DNA of 53,371 nucleotides from a virus (IMGVR_UViG_3300020473_000702:1-53371), one strand, 5' to 3'. Counted from the first letter of the stretch, positions 17,060-26,422 are shown. Numbers and translations are program-made. Notes: generated by a model from the letters alone, not told the origin.

Positions 17060-19371
17060 GCAACGGAACAGACATTAAAGTACATAAGCGTGATGGTGCT
17101 ATAGAGGGGTTGAACCTTGAAAAGATTCATAGAGTAGTAGCAGACGCTTGTGAAGGTCTTGGTAGTGGTGTAAGTGCATCACAAATAGAAATGAATTCTG
17201 GTCTACAATTCTATGATGGAATAGAGACACAAGATATTCAAGAAATTCTTGTTAGATCTGCGAGTGATCTGATTAGTTTAGAGCAACCCAACTATCAATT
17301 TGCTGCTGCTAGATTGCTTCTGTATGGTCTTAGAAAGCAGGTGTTTGGATCACAATGGCCAAAGGGATACCCCCATCTATTTGACCATGCTACAGAGTGT
17401 GTAACAAAAGGTGTATATGATGGTAGCATTTTATCTAAATACACCAAAGAAGAGTGGGATAAGATCAACTCTTGGATAGATCATGATCGTGATTTGTTAT
17501 TCACGTATGCTGGTCTTAGACAAGTTGTAGATAAATATCTTGTACAAGATCGTAGTACTAATGAGGTGTATGAGACACCCCAGTACATGTACATAATGAT
17601 TGCGACTACTCTCTTTCAAAGTTATCCCACAGAAACGAGACTGGATTATGTCCGAAGATACTACAACGCAATCAGCAGACACTACATCAACATCCCCACC
17701 CCAGTCATCGCTGGAGTCAGAACACCTATTCGTCAATTTGCATCTTGTGTTCTGGTTGATATTGATGACACCCTCGATAGCATCTTTAGCAGTGATATGG
17801 CTATTGGCAAATATGTCGCACAGAGGGCTGGTATCGGCATTAACGCAGGCAGAATCAGGGGCATCAACAGCAAAATCCGTGGTGGAGAAGTTCAGCACAC
17901 AGGTGTGGTCCCCTTCCTTAAAAAATTCGAGAGTACTGTTAGATGCTGTACGCAAAACGGCATTAGAGGAGGGTCAGCTACTGTCCACTTTCCTATCTGG
18001 CATCAAGAAATCGAAGACATCCTCGTCCTCAAAAACAACAAAGGAACAGAAGACAACAGAGTCAGAAAGTTAGACTACAGCATACAATTATCTAAATTAT
18101 TCTATGAGCGATTTATCCAAAACGGTACTATTAGCCTATTCAGCCCTCATGATGTCCCTGGGTTGTATGACGCTTTTGGTGGCGATACCTTTGACGAACT
18201 CTATACTCGATACGAATCAGACGAATCGATCCCAAGAAGTACCATTGATGCTCAAGAGTTAATTCTTGACCTCTTGAAAGAAAGAGCAGAGACTGGTCGT
18301 ATTTACATCATGAATATTGACCATTGCAACACCCATTCATCCTTTAAGGATAAAGTATACATGAGTAATCTCTGTCAGGAGATCACTTTACCTACTGATC
18401 CTATTCAACATATCGATGGTGGTGGTGAGATAGCATTGTGTATTCTGTCTGCTGTTAATGTAGGTAAACTACGTAACCTGGATGAGATGGAAGAACTATG
18501 TGACCTATCTGTGAGAGCTTTAGAGGAGTTAATTGATTATCAGAAGTATCCAGTAGAAGCAGCACGTAAGAGTACCCTTGCAAGACGTTCTCTTGGTATA
18601 GGATACATTGGTTTAGCACATTATCTTGCTAAGAATGGTGTTAAGTATGAAGATCCAGAAGCATGGAAGTTAGTTCATGACTTGACTGAAGCATTCCAAT
18701 ACAATCTACTCAAAGCATCTAATAAGATTGCTGAAGAAAAAGGATCTTGTGATGGATTCAGTCAAACAAAGTATTTTGATGGTTATCTACCCATAGATAC
18801 TTACAAGAAAGATGTAGATGAAATTGTACCCAACAAACTCAACTATGACTGGGAAGAACTTAGAGAGTCTATCAGAATTCACGGACTCAGACATAGCACT
18901 CTATCGGCACAGATGCCTTCAGAGTCCTCATCGGTTGTCTCTAATGCTACAAATGGTATTGAACCACCCAGAGATTATATCTCAACGAAGAAGTCTAAGA
19001 AGGGACCTCTCAAGCAGATCGTACCTAACATTGCCACCCTTAAGAATAATTACACGCTCTTGTGGGATATGCCTTCTAATGCTGGTTATGTTAATATAGT
19101 AGCAGTGATGCAGAAGTTTTTTGACCAAGCAATCAGTGGTAACTGGAGTTATAATCCACAACAATTTGAGAACAATGAGGTTCCTACTTCAGTGATGGCT
19201 CAAGATTTGTTAACCACTTACAAATATGGTTGGAAGACATCTTATTACCAGAATACATATGATAGTAAGACAGATGAGGTTGATCTAGATTCAAATAAAG
19301 AATCAGTTCAAAATCTTCTAGAAGACATATTTGCTACCGAGGAGGAAGACTGTGATAGCTGCAAAATCTGA
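17056..19371 (+). CDS. nrdA: Ribonucleotide reductase class Ia alpha subunit
   Basis: ATP-cone KRDG; QFASCVL; SNLCQEI; YYQN; C-terminal CDSC. Confidence 0.97.
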   Translation: MSNGTDIKVHKRDGAIEGLNLEKIHRVVADACEGLGSGVSASQIEMNSGLQFYDGIETQDIQEILVRSASDLISLEQPNYQFAAARLLLYGLRKQVFGSQWPKGYPHLFDHATECVTKGVYDGSILSKYTKEEWDKINSWIDHDRDLLFTYAGLRQVVDKYLVQDRSTNEVYETPQYMYIMIATTLFQSYPTETRLDYVRRYYNAISRHYINIPTPVIAGVRTPIRQFASCVLVDIDDTLDSIFSSDMAIGKYVAQRAGIGINAGRIRGINSKIRGGEVQHTGVVPFLKKFESTVRCCTQNGIRGGSATVHFPIWHQEIEDILVLKNNKGTEDNRVRKLDYSIQLSKLFYERFIQNGTISLFSPHDVPGLYDAFGGDTFDELYTRYESDESIPRSTIDAQELILDLLKERAETGRIYIMNIDHCNTHSSFKDKVYMSNLCQEITLPTDPIQHIDGGGEIALCILSAVNVGKLRNLDEMEELCDLSVRALEELIDYQKYPVEAARKSTLARRSLGIGYIGLAHYLAKNGVKYEDPEAWKLVHDLTEAFQYNLLKASNKIAEEKGSCDGFSQTKYFDGYLPIDTYKKDVDEIVPNKLNYDWEELRESIRIHGLRHSTLSAQMPSESSSVVSNATNGIEPPRDYISTKKSKKGPLKQIVPNIATLKNNYTLLWDMPSNAGYVNIVAVMQKFFDQAISGNWSYNPQQFENNEVPTSVMAQDLLTTYKYGWKTSYYQNTYDSKTDEVDLDSNKESVQNLLEDIFATEEEDCDSCKI

Positions 19372-20515
19372 TGAAATCAGTGGTATGACTGTCTTCAATA
19401 CACAGAAGGTTGATACCACCAAAGGACAAATGTTCTTCGGTCCTCCATTAGGAGTCCAGCGATACGATAAGTTTAAGTATCCTATTTTTGATAAGTTAAC
19501 ACAGACACAGTTAGGTTTCTTTTGGAGACCAGAAGAAGTATCTTTACAGAAAGACAGAGCAGATTATCAGACGTTAAATGCAGCACAAAAACACATATTT
19601 ACAGCCAACCTTAAGTACCAGATCCTCTTGGACAGTGTACAAGGTCGTGCACCTGGTATGGCTTTCATGCCTTACTGTTCACTACCTGAGCTTGAAGGTT
19701 GTATGAATATATGGCAGACTATGGAGATGATTCATAGTAGGTCATACACTCACATCATTAAGAATGTATACCCTGACCCATCAGAAGTCTTTGATACTAT
19801 ACTAGATGATGAAAAGATACTAGCACGTGCTCAGTCAGTTACTAAAGCATATGATGAGTTCATTAATTATGCACAGGAATATGGTCAAAGTAACAGTTGG
19901 AAATCTGATATGAAGGATCATCCTAACTCAGAGTGGACACGTAAAGATTTAAAACGACATTTATATAGAGCAATTGCTAATGTATACATTCTTGAAGGTA
20001 TTCGCTTTTATGTCTCTTTCGCTTGTTCCTTTGCATTTGGTGAGCTTAAGTTACTCGAAGGGTCAGCAAAAATTATCTCCCTTATTGCTAGAGATGAATC
20101 ACAACACATGGGAGTCACGAATAACATCCTTAATAAATGGAACGAAGGAGACGACCCTGAAATGATTGATATAGCAAAGGAAGAAGAGGAGAATGTATAT
20201 CAGATGTTTAGAGATTGTGTATCAGAAGAGATAGAGTGGGCAGAGTATTTGTTTAAGGATGGTAGCATAATTGGACTTAATGATGTATTATTACAGAAGT
20301 ATGTTGAATGGACTGCTAACCGTAGGTTAAAATCAATGGGATTGAAACCTATATACGATACACCGCTAGCCAATAATCCACTACCTTGGACTGCACACTG
20401 GTTATCTTCTAAAGGATTACAAGTAGCACCACAAGAAACAGAGGTTGAGAGCTACATGATAGGCAGTATTAAACAAGATGTTAAGAAAGATACTTTCGCT
20501 GATTTCAAATTATGA
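19352..20515 (+). CDS. nrdB: Ribonucleotide reductase class Ia beta subunit
   Basis: FFWRPEE, LLDSVQGR, EMIHSRSY, EGIRFY, RDESQH, VAPQETE; GTG 19352 follows a GGAGG SD (start uncertain). Confidence 0.95.
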   Translation: MIAAKSDEISGMTVFNTQKVDTTKGQMFFGPPLGVQRYDKFKYPIFDKLTQTQLGFFWRPEEVSLQKDRADYQTLNAAQKHIFTANLKYQILLDSVQGRAPGMAFMPYCSLPELEGCMNIWQTMEMIHSRSYTHIIKNVYPDPSEVFDTILDDEKILARAQSVTKAYDEFINYAQEYGQSNSWKSDMKDHPNSEWTRKDLKRHLYRAIANVYILEGIRFYVSFACSFAFGELKLLEGSAKIISLIARDESQHMGVTNNILNKWNEGDDPEMIDIAKEEEENVYQMFRDCVSEEIEWAEYLFKDGSIIGLNDVLLQKYVEWTANRRLKSMGLKPIYDTPLANNPLPWTAHWLSSKGLQVAPQETEVESYMIGSIKQDVKKDTFADFKL

Positions 20516-20754
20516 CCGACACACCTACACCACGAGACGAGTCGTGGAGAGAAGAATACCTAGGTATGAAAGTTCACGGCAAATTAAACAGAGAATTGCT
20601 GATGAATGGACCGAAGAGTCTATCCCAGAGTTGGTTGATGCAAGCGATGCACAACGACTGGAAGAAGAAGAAAGGTATCAAAGACCCAGAACCACCCGAC
20701 TGCCAGTCGAGCCTCCAAGAGTTCTTCCAGAGGAACAAAGACCAAGGAATTTAA
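20512..20754 (+). CDS. Conserved cyanophage hypothetical protein
   Basis: WREEY...LL.NGPKSLSQSW...W.K.KGI..PEPPDCQSS; ATGA overlap with nrdB. Confidence 0.7.
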   Translation: MTDTPTPRDESWREEYLGMKVHGKLNRELLMNGPKSLSQSWLMQAMHNDWKKKKGIKDPEPPDCQSSLQEFFQRNKDQGI

Positions 20755-20781
20755 TACCCGATCCGTGGGAAAATTATTATT

Positions 20782-21744
20782 ATGACGATCAAACTGAGAA
20801 AAGAGAGGGTTGAAAACCTCAATAATTATGGCGAAAAATACGACTTAATATACATCGACCCTCCCTTCGGTCTCGATAGGGAGTTCTTCATGTTTGAAGA
20901 GAACAAGAAGGTCTCCTTTGATGATAAATGGGAGTCAACTGATGCCTATATTGAGTGGTATGCTACTGTAATACAGGATTGTTATGCAGCACTGAAACCA
21001 AATGGTTGGTTGTACTGTCACAATAATTTTGATAGTAATGCACTGGTACTAGGTGACCTTACTAAAGAGATTAGAGGTAAGTTTTACACCAATATATCAT
21101 GGAAGAGGTCAGGTCCAAAGAATAATATCAAGAAGGGATGGGGAAACATCGTTGATTCTATCATGACTTTCCGTAAAGGTGACCCATATTTTGATGTTCA
21201 GTACCAACCATTAGATCCTACCTATGAAGCCAACTCATTCAAGAATAAGGATGAGAAAGGGTTCTATGCATTAGGTAAATTGACTGGTGAGAAGTCAAGA
21301 CCAGGTCATAAGTATCAGTACAAGATGTATGATCCTGAGTATGGATGGAGATTTGACTTTGAGAAGACTAAAGAGCTTGATGCTCAAGGTCTGATTCATT
21401 ATGGTAATAACCTACCATACAAAAAGATTTATCTATCTGAGTCTAAAGGGTCTCCCATTCAGAATTTCTGGGATGATATACATTTCATCTCTAGATCAGA
21501 GAAGAATAAGCGTAGGTATCCTACCCAGAAACCCGTAAAGTTATTGGAGAGGATTATCAAGTCATCATGTCCTAAAGATGGGACAGTTTTTGACCCCTTC
21601 TGTGGGTCTGGAACCACTGCTGTAGCAGCATTCAATCTTGATAGAGATTGTACTGTATGTGATGTTAGTGATGAAGCTTTAAAAATAGCACAAGCCGCAC
21701 TAGTCGAGTGTGGTGCTCACACAGAGGAAAGATTAATAGGATAA
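20782..21744 (+). CDS. Orphan amino-DNA methyltransferase (N6A/N4C, beta-class motif order)
   Basis: N-terminal DLIYIDPPF (motif IV); C-terminal YPTQKP and DPFCGSGTT (motif I). Confidence 0.9.
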   Translation: MTIKLRKERVENLNNYGEKYDLIYIDPPFGLDREFFMFEENKKVSFDDKWESTDAYIEWYATVIQDCYAALKPNGWLYCHNNFDSNALVLGDLTKEIRGKFYTNISWKRSGPKNNIKKGWGNIVDSIMTFRKGDPYFDVQYQPLDPTYEANSFKNKDEKGFYALGKLTGEKSRPGHKYQYKMYDPEYGWRFDFEKTKELDAQGLIHYGNNLPYKKIYLSESKGSPIQNFWDDIHFISRSEKNKRRYPTQKPVKLLERIIKSSCPKDGTVFDPFCGSGTTAVAAFNLDRDCTVCDVSDEALKIAQAALVECGAHTEERLIG

Positions 21745-21772
21745 ATATGGCTAGAGGTATAAAAATTATGAA

Positions 21773-22204
21773 ATGGCTGAGGAGGGAGTTTATGAAAACC
21801 CCTGGTTATATGAAGGTGAACCTTTCATTACTGACCATATTGGCGACCAGTTCGGTTTTGTCTACAGGATTACTAATTTGCAATCGGGTAGGCAATACAT
21901 CGGAAGAAAATATTTCTGGTCAAAGCGTAAACCTAGAGGTGGTAAGAGAAGGGTTACGTCTGAGAGTGACTGGAAAAAATACTACGGAAGCTCTGACGAA
22001 CTTAAGGCAGATAGAAAATTACTTGGGAACACCAACTTCAAGAGAGAAATCTTATCAACCCATACCACCAAAGGCAAGGTAAATTATGAGGAAACAAAAC
22101 AATTGTTTCTTAATAATGTCTTGCAAGAGACCTTGGATGATGGAACACCAGCATATTATAACAGTAACATATTAGGACGCTACTACAGAAAAGATTATGC
22201 CTAA
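21773..22204 (+). CDS. GIY-YIG family endonuclease-like protein
   Basis: FGFVYRITN...QYIGRK, YYGSS, conserved E and YYN; ATAAATA at 21741-21747 upstream. Confidence 0.75.
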   Translation: MAEEGVYENPWLYEGEPFITDHIGDQFGFVYRITNLQSGRQYIGRKYFWSKRKPRGGKRRVTSESDWKKYYGSSDELKADRKLLGNTNFKREILSTHTTKGKVNYEETKQLFLNNVLQETLDDGTPAYYNSNILGRYYRKDYA

Positions 22205-22865
22205 AATTGATGCACGAATTATAAAAAAACAGACTCCAATCTTTGTTACTACAGTTGATGGTTATGAATCAATCAATTCTCATGTGAAGAAGTACATTCT
22301 AGAACTGAAAAAGCAAAACCCTGAAGGGATTGAGAGTAATGTTAGAGCATGGAGAAGTCATTGGTTTACTCATAAGTTAACAGACGTATTTAATCCTCTG
22401 GTAGACATAATGACTTCATGTTGTAATTATGTTAGTAAGGAGTATTATAATGATGGTCATGCTGAGTTTGAACCCTTTAATTTTTGGGTGATGGATTATG
22501 AAGATGGTGATGAGACTCTACATCACAATCATTTTCCCTCTCATTTCTCGGCTGTTTATTATGTTGATGTTGAAGAAGGATGTGCACCTTTAATCATTGA
22601 AGGTGAGAGTATACAACCTGAGAATGGTATGTTAGTTGTATTTCCTGGACATCTAGATCACGAAGTACCAAAAACTAAGGGTAGAAGGATGGCTGCTTCT
22701 GGTAATTTTCATCTAAAACCAATTGATATATACGAAAAACCTCCAGATGATGAGGTGGATAAGTTTAAAGACGAAGGTTTTAGACGAAAAATAGCTGCAG
22801 CTAATAGTGAGGATTACTATACTAAACAACTTAAAAACAAAAAACCCATAGGATTTAAGTCATGA
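22197..22865 (+). CDS. 2OG-Fe(II) oxygenase superfamily protein
   Basis: HHNH...FSAVYYV...G.LVVFPG.LDHEV...R.AASGN. Confidence 0.8.
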   Translation: MPKIDARIIKKQTPIFVTTVDGYESINSHVKKYILELKKQNPEGIESNVRAWRSHWFTHKLTDVFNPLVDIMTSCCNYVSKEYYNDGHAEFEPFNFWVMDYEDGDETLHHNHFPSHFSAVYYVDVEEGCAPLIIEGESIQPENGMLVVFPGHLDHEVPKTKGRRMAASGNFHLKPIDIYEKPPDDEVDKFKDEGFRRKIAAANSEDYYTKQLKNKKPIGFKS

Positions 22866-23071
22866 TTAACCTTGATGAAAAGTTCCATAACTATCTAGAA
22901 AATGGAGGTAAAACCTTTAGAATTGATGGTGTTAATGAGACCCTTAAGGGTTACGGATACCATTGTGATGGAAACGACATAGTGGGTTACTACGTAACGA
23001 CAACTAACTATAAATTGTACTATAATCTGAATGAACAGTTCCTACGAATGGAATCTTTAAACGAACAATGA
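22862..23071 (+). CDS. Small hypothetical protein
   Basis: 69-aa ORF with ATGA overlaps on both sides. Confidence 0.7.
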   Translation: MINLDEKFHNYLENGGKTFRIDGVNETLKGYGYHCDGNDIVGYYVTTTNYKLYYNLNEQFLRMESLNEQ

Positions 23072-23739
23072 AATTATTTTTAGATACAGCGATAACGGAT
23101 GAAGTCCGTAAACATTTTAAGACTGGTTTGATTGATGGTTTAACTACTAACCCGTCTTTAATCAGAAAGAGTGGTAGAAACCACGAAGAAGTCTATCAAG
23201 AGATCAAAGAGATTGGTGTTACAGACATCAGTATGGAGGTCATTGGTAGTAAAGAGAACATGATCTCTGAGGGTAAGAGACTAGCAAAGAAATTCCCTAA
23301 GTGTGCTACTATTAAAGTACCTTGTACACCTGATGGATTGATGGCTTGTAAGGAACTTTCTGAGAATAATATACGAGTCAATGTTACTCTTATTTTCTCA
23401 CCTTCACAGGCAATTCTTGCTGCTAAAGCAGGTGCTGCATACGTTTCACCATTTGTAGGTCGTGTTGATGATAATTCATTCGGTGGATTGTGTCTTATTA
23501 AGGACATTGCTAACGTATTTGAGAAGCAATCATGGGATTCTACACAAATATTAGCCGCATCTATTAGAGGTGTGAGAGATGTAGGTAGAGCATTTGAATA
23601 TGGTGCTGATATCTGTACTATACCAGTGAAAGTCTTTGAAGGAATGTACAATCATATCCTTACAGATAAGGGGTTGGACATCTTTGATAAGGATTATGCT
23701 GCTTCAATTGAAGGTCAAGCTATACTAAATAGTCCGTAA
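23068..23739 (+). CDS. talC: Transaldolase (TalC/FSA family)
   Basis: LFLDTA, GLTTNPSLI, TIKVP (Schiff-base Lys), NVTLIFS, YVSPFVGR, LAASIR. Confidence 0.96.
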   Translation: MKLFLDTAITDEVRKHFKTGLIDGLTTNPSLIRKSGRNHEEVYQEIKEIGVTDISMEVIGSKENMISEGKRLAKKFPKCATIKVPCTPDGLMACKELSENNIRVNVTLIFSPSQAILAAKAGAAYVSPFVGRVDDNSFGGLCLIKDIANVFEKQSWDSTQILAASIRGVRDVGRAFEYGADICTIPVKVFEGMYNHILTDKGLDIFDKDYAASIEGQAILNSP

Positions 23740-23755
23740 TAAAGACCAACTAAGA

Positions 23756-24013
23756 ATGATCTTTACCATATATTCCAAGCCTGGATGTCCATACTGTGAT
23801 AAATTTAAGGCAGTGTGTGAGCTTTCAGACCTAGAACATGTTATGTATGAGTTAGACACTGACTTTACATCAAAACAATTCTATGAGACATTTGGAGAAG
23901 GTGCTACCTTCCCACAAGTACAGTTAGACACAAGTGGAGAGAGATTACATCTTGGTGGATGTAAAGACTCCATTACATACATGAAAAACAATGAGATTTG
24001 TTGCTTGGTATGA
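23756..24013 (+). CDS. nrdC: Glutaredoxin
   Basis: CPYC, TFPQV, LGG. Confidence 0.88.
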   Translation: MIFTIYSKPGCPYCDKFKAVCELSDLEHVMYELDTDFTSKQFYETFGEGATFPQVQLDTSGERLHLGGCKDSITYMKNNEICCLV

Positions 24014-24216
24014 TTGAAATTACGCATGAAGAATTTGAAAACGGATACGAAGAGTACTTAACAAAAATCGAAAAGGGAGAACAGTTTCTAATCAGACTAC
24101 CTAGTGGTCGTGCTGTTGCTGCTGTCCCTCAAGATGCTGTTGGGAGCTCTCAGTACATACATCCTTGGTATGATTATCATGAATCTGTGGAAGAACTACA
24201 AGAAAACGCTGGATGA
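24010..24216 (+). CDS. Small hypothetical protein, Phd/YefM-like N-terminus
   Basis: IEITHEEF...YLTKIEKGEQFLI...GRAVAAVP pattern. Confidence 0.55.
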   Translation: MIEITHEEFENGYEEYLTKIEKGEQFLIRLPSGRAVAAVPQDAVGSSQYIHPWYDYHESVEELQENAG

Positions 24217-24820
24217 TATATTCCCTGAGTTCAAGTTTGAATCTCGGTGGTGTAACTGGTGCAATAAGAATGATCTGAACATGACGGCAGACATTTATAC
24301 TGCCCCACATTTCATTAAATCAAGACAGGTTAACATCTGTAATGATAAGACTGATATCTATAACAATGTAATATACCCTAAGACAGGTGCTAAGGTTCCT
24401 TGTGGATTACTCCCCTGTTTTGGTATGGATCTCATGGGTTTCAGTGAGAAGAAAGTAATCATTGTATTCGATTTTCAACATCCAATAGAAAAGTTCCTGT
24501 TCTCTGTGGACTGGTTACCTAAAGCTACGAAATCATATCGTTTCTTTGAGATGGGTAATCATTTTTCAGAGAATATTTTTGTGCGTTATTGTACATTTGA
24601 TGAGGTTGATGATTATTTGCCTGAGTTTAGACAGTACCTTGAAACATACCGTGATATGATTGATGATTCAAAACCTGTAGGAATTGAAATAGATTCTTAT
24701 AAGGACTTCGATACATACATGAAGAGATTAGATCCTATATTAGGATACCTTACTGGTAATTTTGGTAAGGAGAATGCTAATAGAATGATGGATGAGTTCT
24801 TTTTCCCTTACGCAGAATGA
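24179..24820 (+). CDS. pebS: Phycoerythrobilin synthase (ferredoxin-dependent bilin reductase)
   Basis: DIYN..IYPKTG, LPCFGMDLM.FS.KKVIIVFDFQHP, YRFFEMGNHFS, FDTYM..LDP. Confidence 0.92.
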   Translation: MNLWKNYKKTLDDIFPEFKFESRWCNWCNKNDLNMTADIYTAPHFIKSRQVNICNDKTDIYNNVIYPKTGAKVPCGLLPCFGMDLMGFSEKKVIIVFDFQHPIEKFLFSVDWLPKATKSYRFFEMGNHFSENIFVRYCTFDEVDDYLPEFRQYLETYRDMIDDSKPVGIEIDSYKDFDTYMKRLDPILGYLTGNFGKENANRMMDEFFFPYAE

Positions 24821-25002
24821 GAAAGGAAACAGCAGGTGAAGTCATAGGTAATCCACTATGGTTCACTCCAGTGATGTTACTAGCAATACTATTACTGATA
24901 GAGGGTCTTCATACCTCTGCTCACTTACATCAAGAGTTAGATGTACATGGTATCTGTAGGCAGAATAAGGAGTATATTGAGAGCAAGGAGGACAGTTATT
25001 AA
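24817..25002 (+). CDS. Small membrane protein
   Basis: NPLWFTPVMLLAILLLIEGLHT..H hydrophobic helix; ATGA overlap. Confidence 0.65.
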   Translation: MRKETAGEVIGNPLWFTPVMLLAILLLIEGLHTSAHLHQELDVHGICRQNKEYIESKEDSY

Positions 25003-25015
25003 ACTGACACACTAG

Positions 25016-25045
25016 TGGACACATTGCCCATTTATATGCTATTAT
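25016..25045 (+). promoter_or_regulatory. Sigma70-type promoter with extended -10
   Basis: TGGACA (25016-25021), 18 nt, TG-C-TATTAT (TATTAT 25040-25045); predicted start near 25051. Confidence 0.55.
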
Positions 25046-25050
25046 ATGAA

Positions 25051-25165
25051 TGTTGAGGGATAACGGTTCTCTAGCCCCATTTCTGGGGGTTCAGGTGTAA
25101 GCGATTCCCTAGAGGTAAATTTGGGCATATAGGTGAAACCTTGCAGATGCCCCGTTCTCTCAACA
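25051..25165 (+). ncRNA. Structured non-coding RNA candidate (~115 nt), family not assigned
   Basis: GC-rich intergenic block; closing stems TGTTGAGGG/CTCTCAACA and AACGG/CCGTT; internal stems CTCTAG/CTAGAG, CCCCA/TGGGG, GGCAT/ATGCC, AGGT/ACCT. Confidence 0.7.
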
Positions 25166-25224
25166 CTCCTTTATTATACAGACCCGTGTTCATTTACAAG
25201 CTTTTAGAGTTGGCTGAAGCAGCA

Positions 25225-25410
25225 ATGATTGCCTCAACACTCTCTGTGGGTTTGGTGGCTACTGGTACTGCTGCTATTAAGGGCACAGAACCACCAGACT
25301 TTAGTACATTTGTGGTTGCAATTCAACCACCATATGAGTCTGATGATAAGAGAATATATCCTGAGATCTTAGATGAAAAAACTGATACGGAAATACCTAA
25401 CATTAGTTAA
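25225..25410 (+). CDS. Small hypothetical protein with hydrophobic N-terminus (start uncertain; GTG 25186 possible)
   Basis: ORF between the RNA and the next gene. Confidence 0.5.
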   Translation: MIASTLSVGLVATGTAAIKGTEPPDFSTFVVAIQPPYESDDKRIYPEILDEKTDTEIPNIS

Positions 25411-25723
25411 TAAGATAGAAGAGAGGCACTATTGGCCTCTCTTTATCTTTCTTTCCTTGTACTTTGTAGTACCATACAGTGAGTTTGTAATCACTGCTCT
25501 GATTATATACTACTTTAGAGGAGGAGAGAAGCTTGTAAAGAGAGTGATAAAGTCTATCACTTCAAGACTTCCTGAGTGGGTGACCGTAGGTGGGTCTGTT
25601 ATCTTCTTCCTTGTGATGCTAGATGATACACTCATGTACTTGTCTGTACTTGCTATTGCATACTACAGCAATAAGAAAGCAAAGGAAATAGCTTCAAAGG
25701 ATGAAGCGTTGCAAGACAAATAA
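25373..25723 (+). CDS. Membrane protein
   Basis: Several hydrophobic segments (WPLFIFLSLYFVVP; GGSVIFFLVMLDD). Confidence 0.7.
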   Translation: MKKLIRKYLTLVNKIEERHYWPLFIFLSLYFVVPYSEFVITALIIYYFRGGEKLVKRVIKSITSRLPEWVTVGGSVIFFLVMLDDTLMYLSVLAIAYYSNKKAKEIASKDEALQDK

Positions 25724-25737
25724 CTCTGTGCTATAAT
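25709..25737 (+). promoter_or_regulatory. Sigma70-type promoter
   Basis: TTGCAA (25709-25714), 17 nt ending in TGC, TATAAT (25732-25737). Confidence 0.7.
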
Positions 25738-25764
25738 ACATACCATAACCAAAGATACTATACT

Positions 25765-26388
25765 ATGTCCTGTTCAAAGATTCGCAAGCACCTAGAAGCT
25801 GCAGAAGGAGAGGTTCGTCAAGCACTTACTGCTTCGTTAGAAAATAAGCATGAAGAAAACCTTACACTGCTTGTTGATACACTTAATAATATTAAGGAGT
25901 TGCTAGTTACTACACCTATTCGTGGTGTGGATAATGTAACTGAGCACTACAGAAAGAATGCAGAGCACAACTTTACTATACCAGATCCTGATGGCGGTGT
26001 TAATACAGTTGATGGTTATAAGTTTAACTTAGAGTCTGATATAGATTTAAACACTGGTGGGTATAAGGTTCCAGCAGATATATTACAGTTCCCTACAACT
26101 ATACCAGGTGCTGATATTAAGCTTGATAGCACAAGTGATAATATAACTTTCACTGGTGGTGATTTTAGTGCATGTAATAATGCATCATGGGATTATAATC
26201 TAAGTGGGGTTACTGTAGGAGACATTGATCTTAGTGGTAACTTAGACTTTACTACCAATGATATACATTACACTGATAATGTTGTTAGTCTAGGTGATAC
26301 CAGAGTCGGTAAAGACTTAGATAAGTTAGATGATGTTGTTGATAAAGATAAACATGCACAAGATCTTAATGATCGAGACGGTGAATAA
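25765..26388 (+). CDS. Hypothetical protein (helical N-terminus, acidic low-complexity C-terminus)
   Basis: Monocistronic ORF between a promoter and a terminator. Confidence 0.7.
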   Translation: MSCSKIRKHLEAAEGEVRQALTASLENKHEENLTLLVDTLNNIKELLVTTPIRGVDNVTEHYRKNAEHNFTIPDPDGGVNTVDGYKFNLESDIDLNTGGYKVPADILQFPTTIPGADIKLDSTSDNITFTGGDFSACNNASWDYNLSGVTVGDIDLSGNLDFTTNDIHYTDNVVSLGDTRVGKDLDKLDDVVDKDKHAQDLNDRDGE

Positions 26389-26393
26389 TAAAC

Positions 26394-26417
26394 AACCCCC
26401 CTTCGAGGGGGTTTTTT
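26394..26417 (+). terminator. Rho-independent terminator
   Basis: AACCCCC-CTTCGA-GGGGGTT followed by T-run. Confidence 0.85.
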
Positions 26418-26422
26418 AATGT

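Noticed and set aside
3062-20515. Introns or inteins in gp43, gp41, nrdA, nrdB
   Set aside because: All are uninterrupted ORFs of normal length with no splice or intein motifs seen
20478-20813. 111-aa ORF overlapping nrdB end, the 80-aa gene and the MTase start
   Set aside because: The 20512-20754 frame has an ATGA-coupled start and fits without long overlaps
21708-22082. 124-aa alternative-frame ORF over the GIY-YIG gene
   Set aside because: It is largely nested in a frame with clear GIY-YIG motifs and has no recognisable motif of its own
20782-22204. MTase plus GIY-YIG as a restriction-modification pair
   Set aside because: The GIY-YIG gene looks like a widespread T4-like phage gene with its own late motif; adjacency alone is insufficient
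25051-25165. tRNA, tmRNA or bona fide SRP RNA identity for the structured RNA
   Set aside because: There is no TTC(G/A)A T-loop or cloverleaf and no tag ORF; the SRP-like loop lacks the apical stem and GNRA tetraloop
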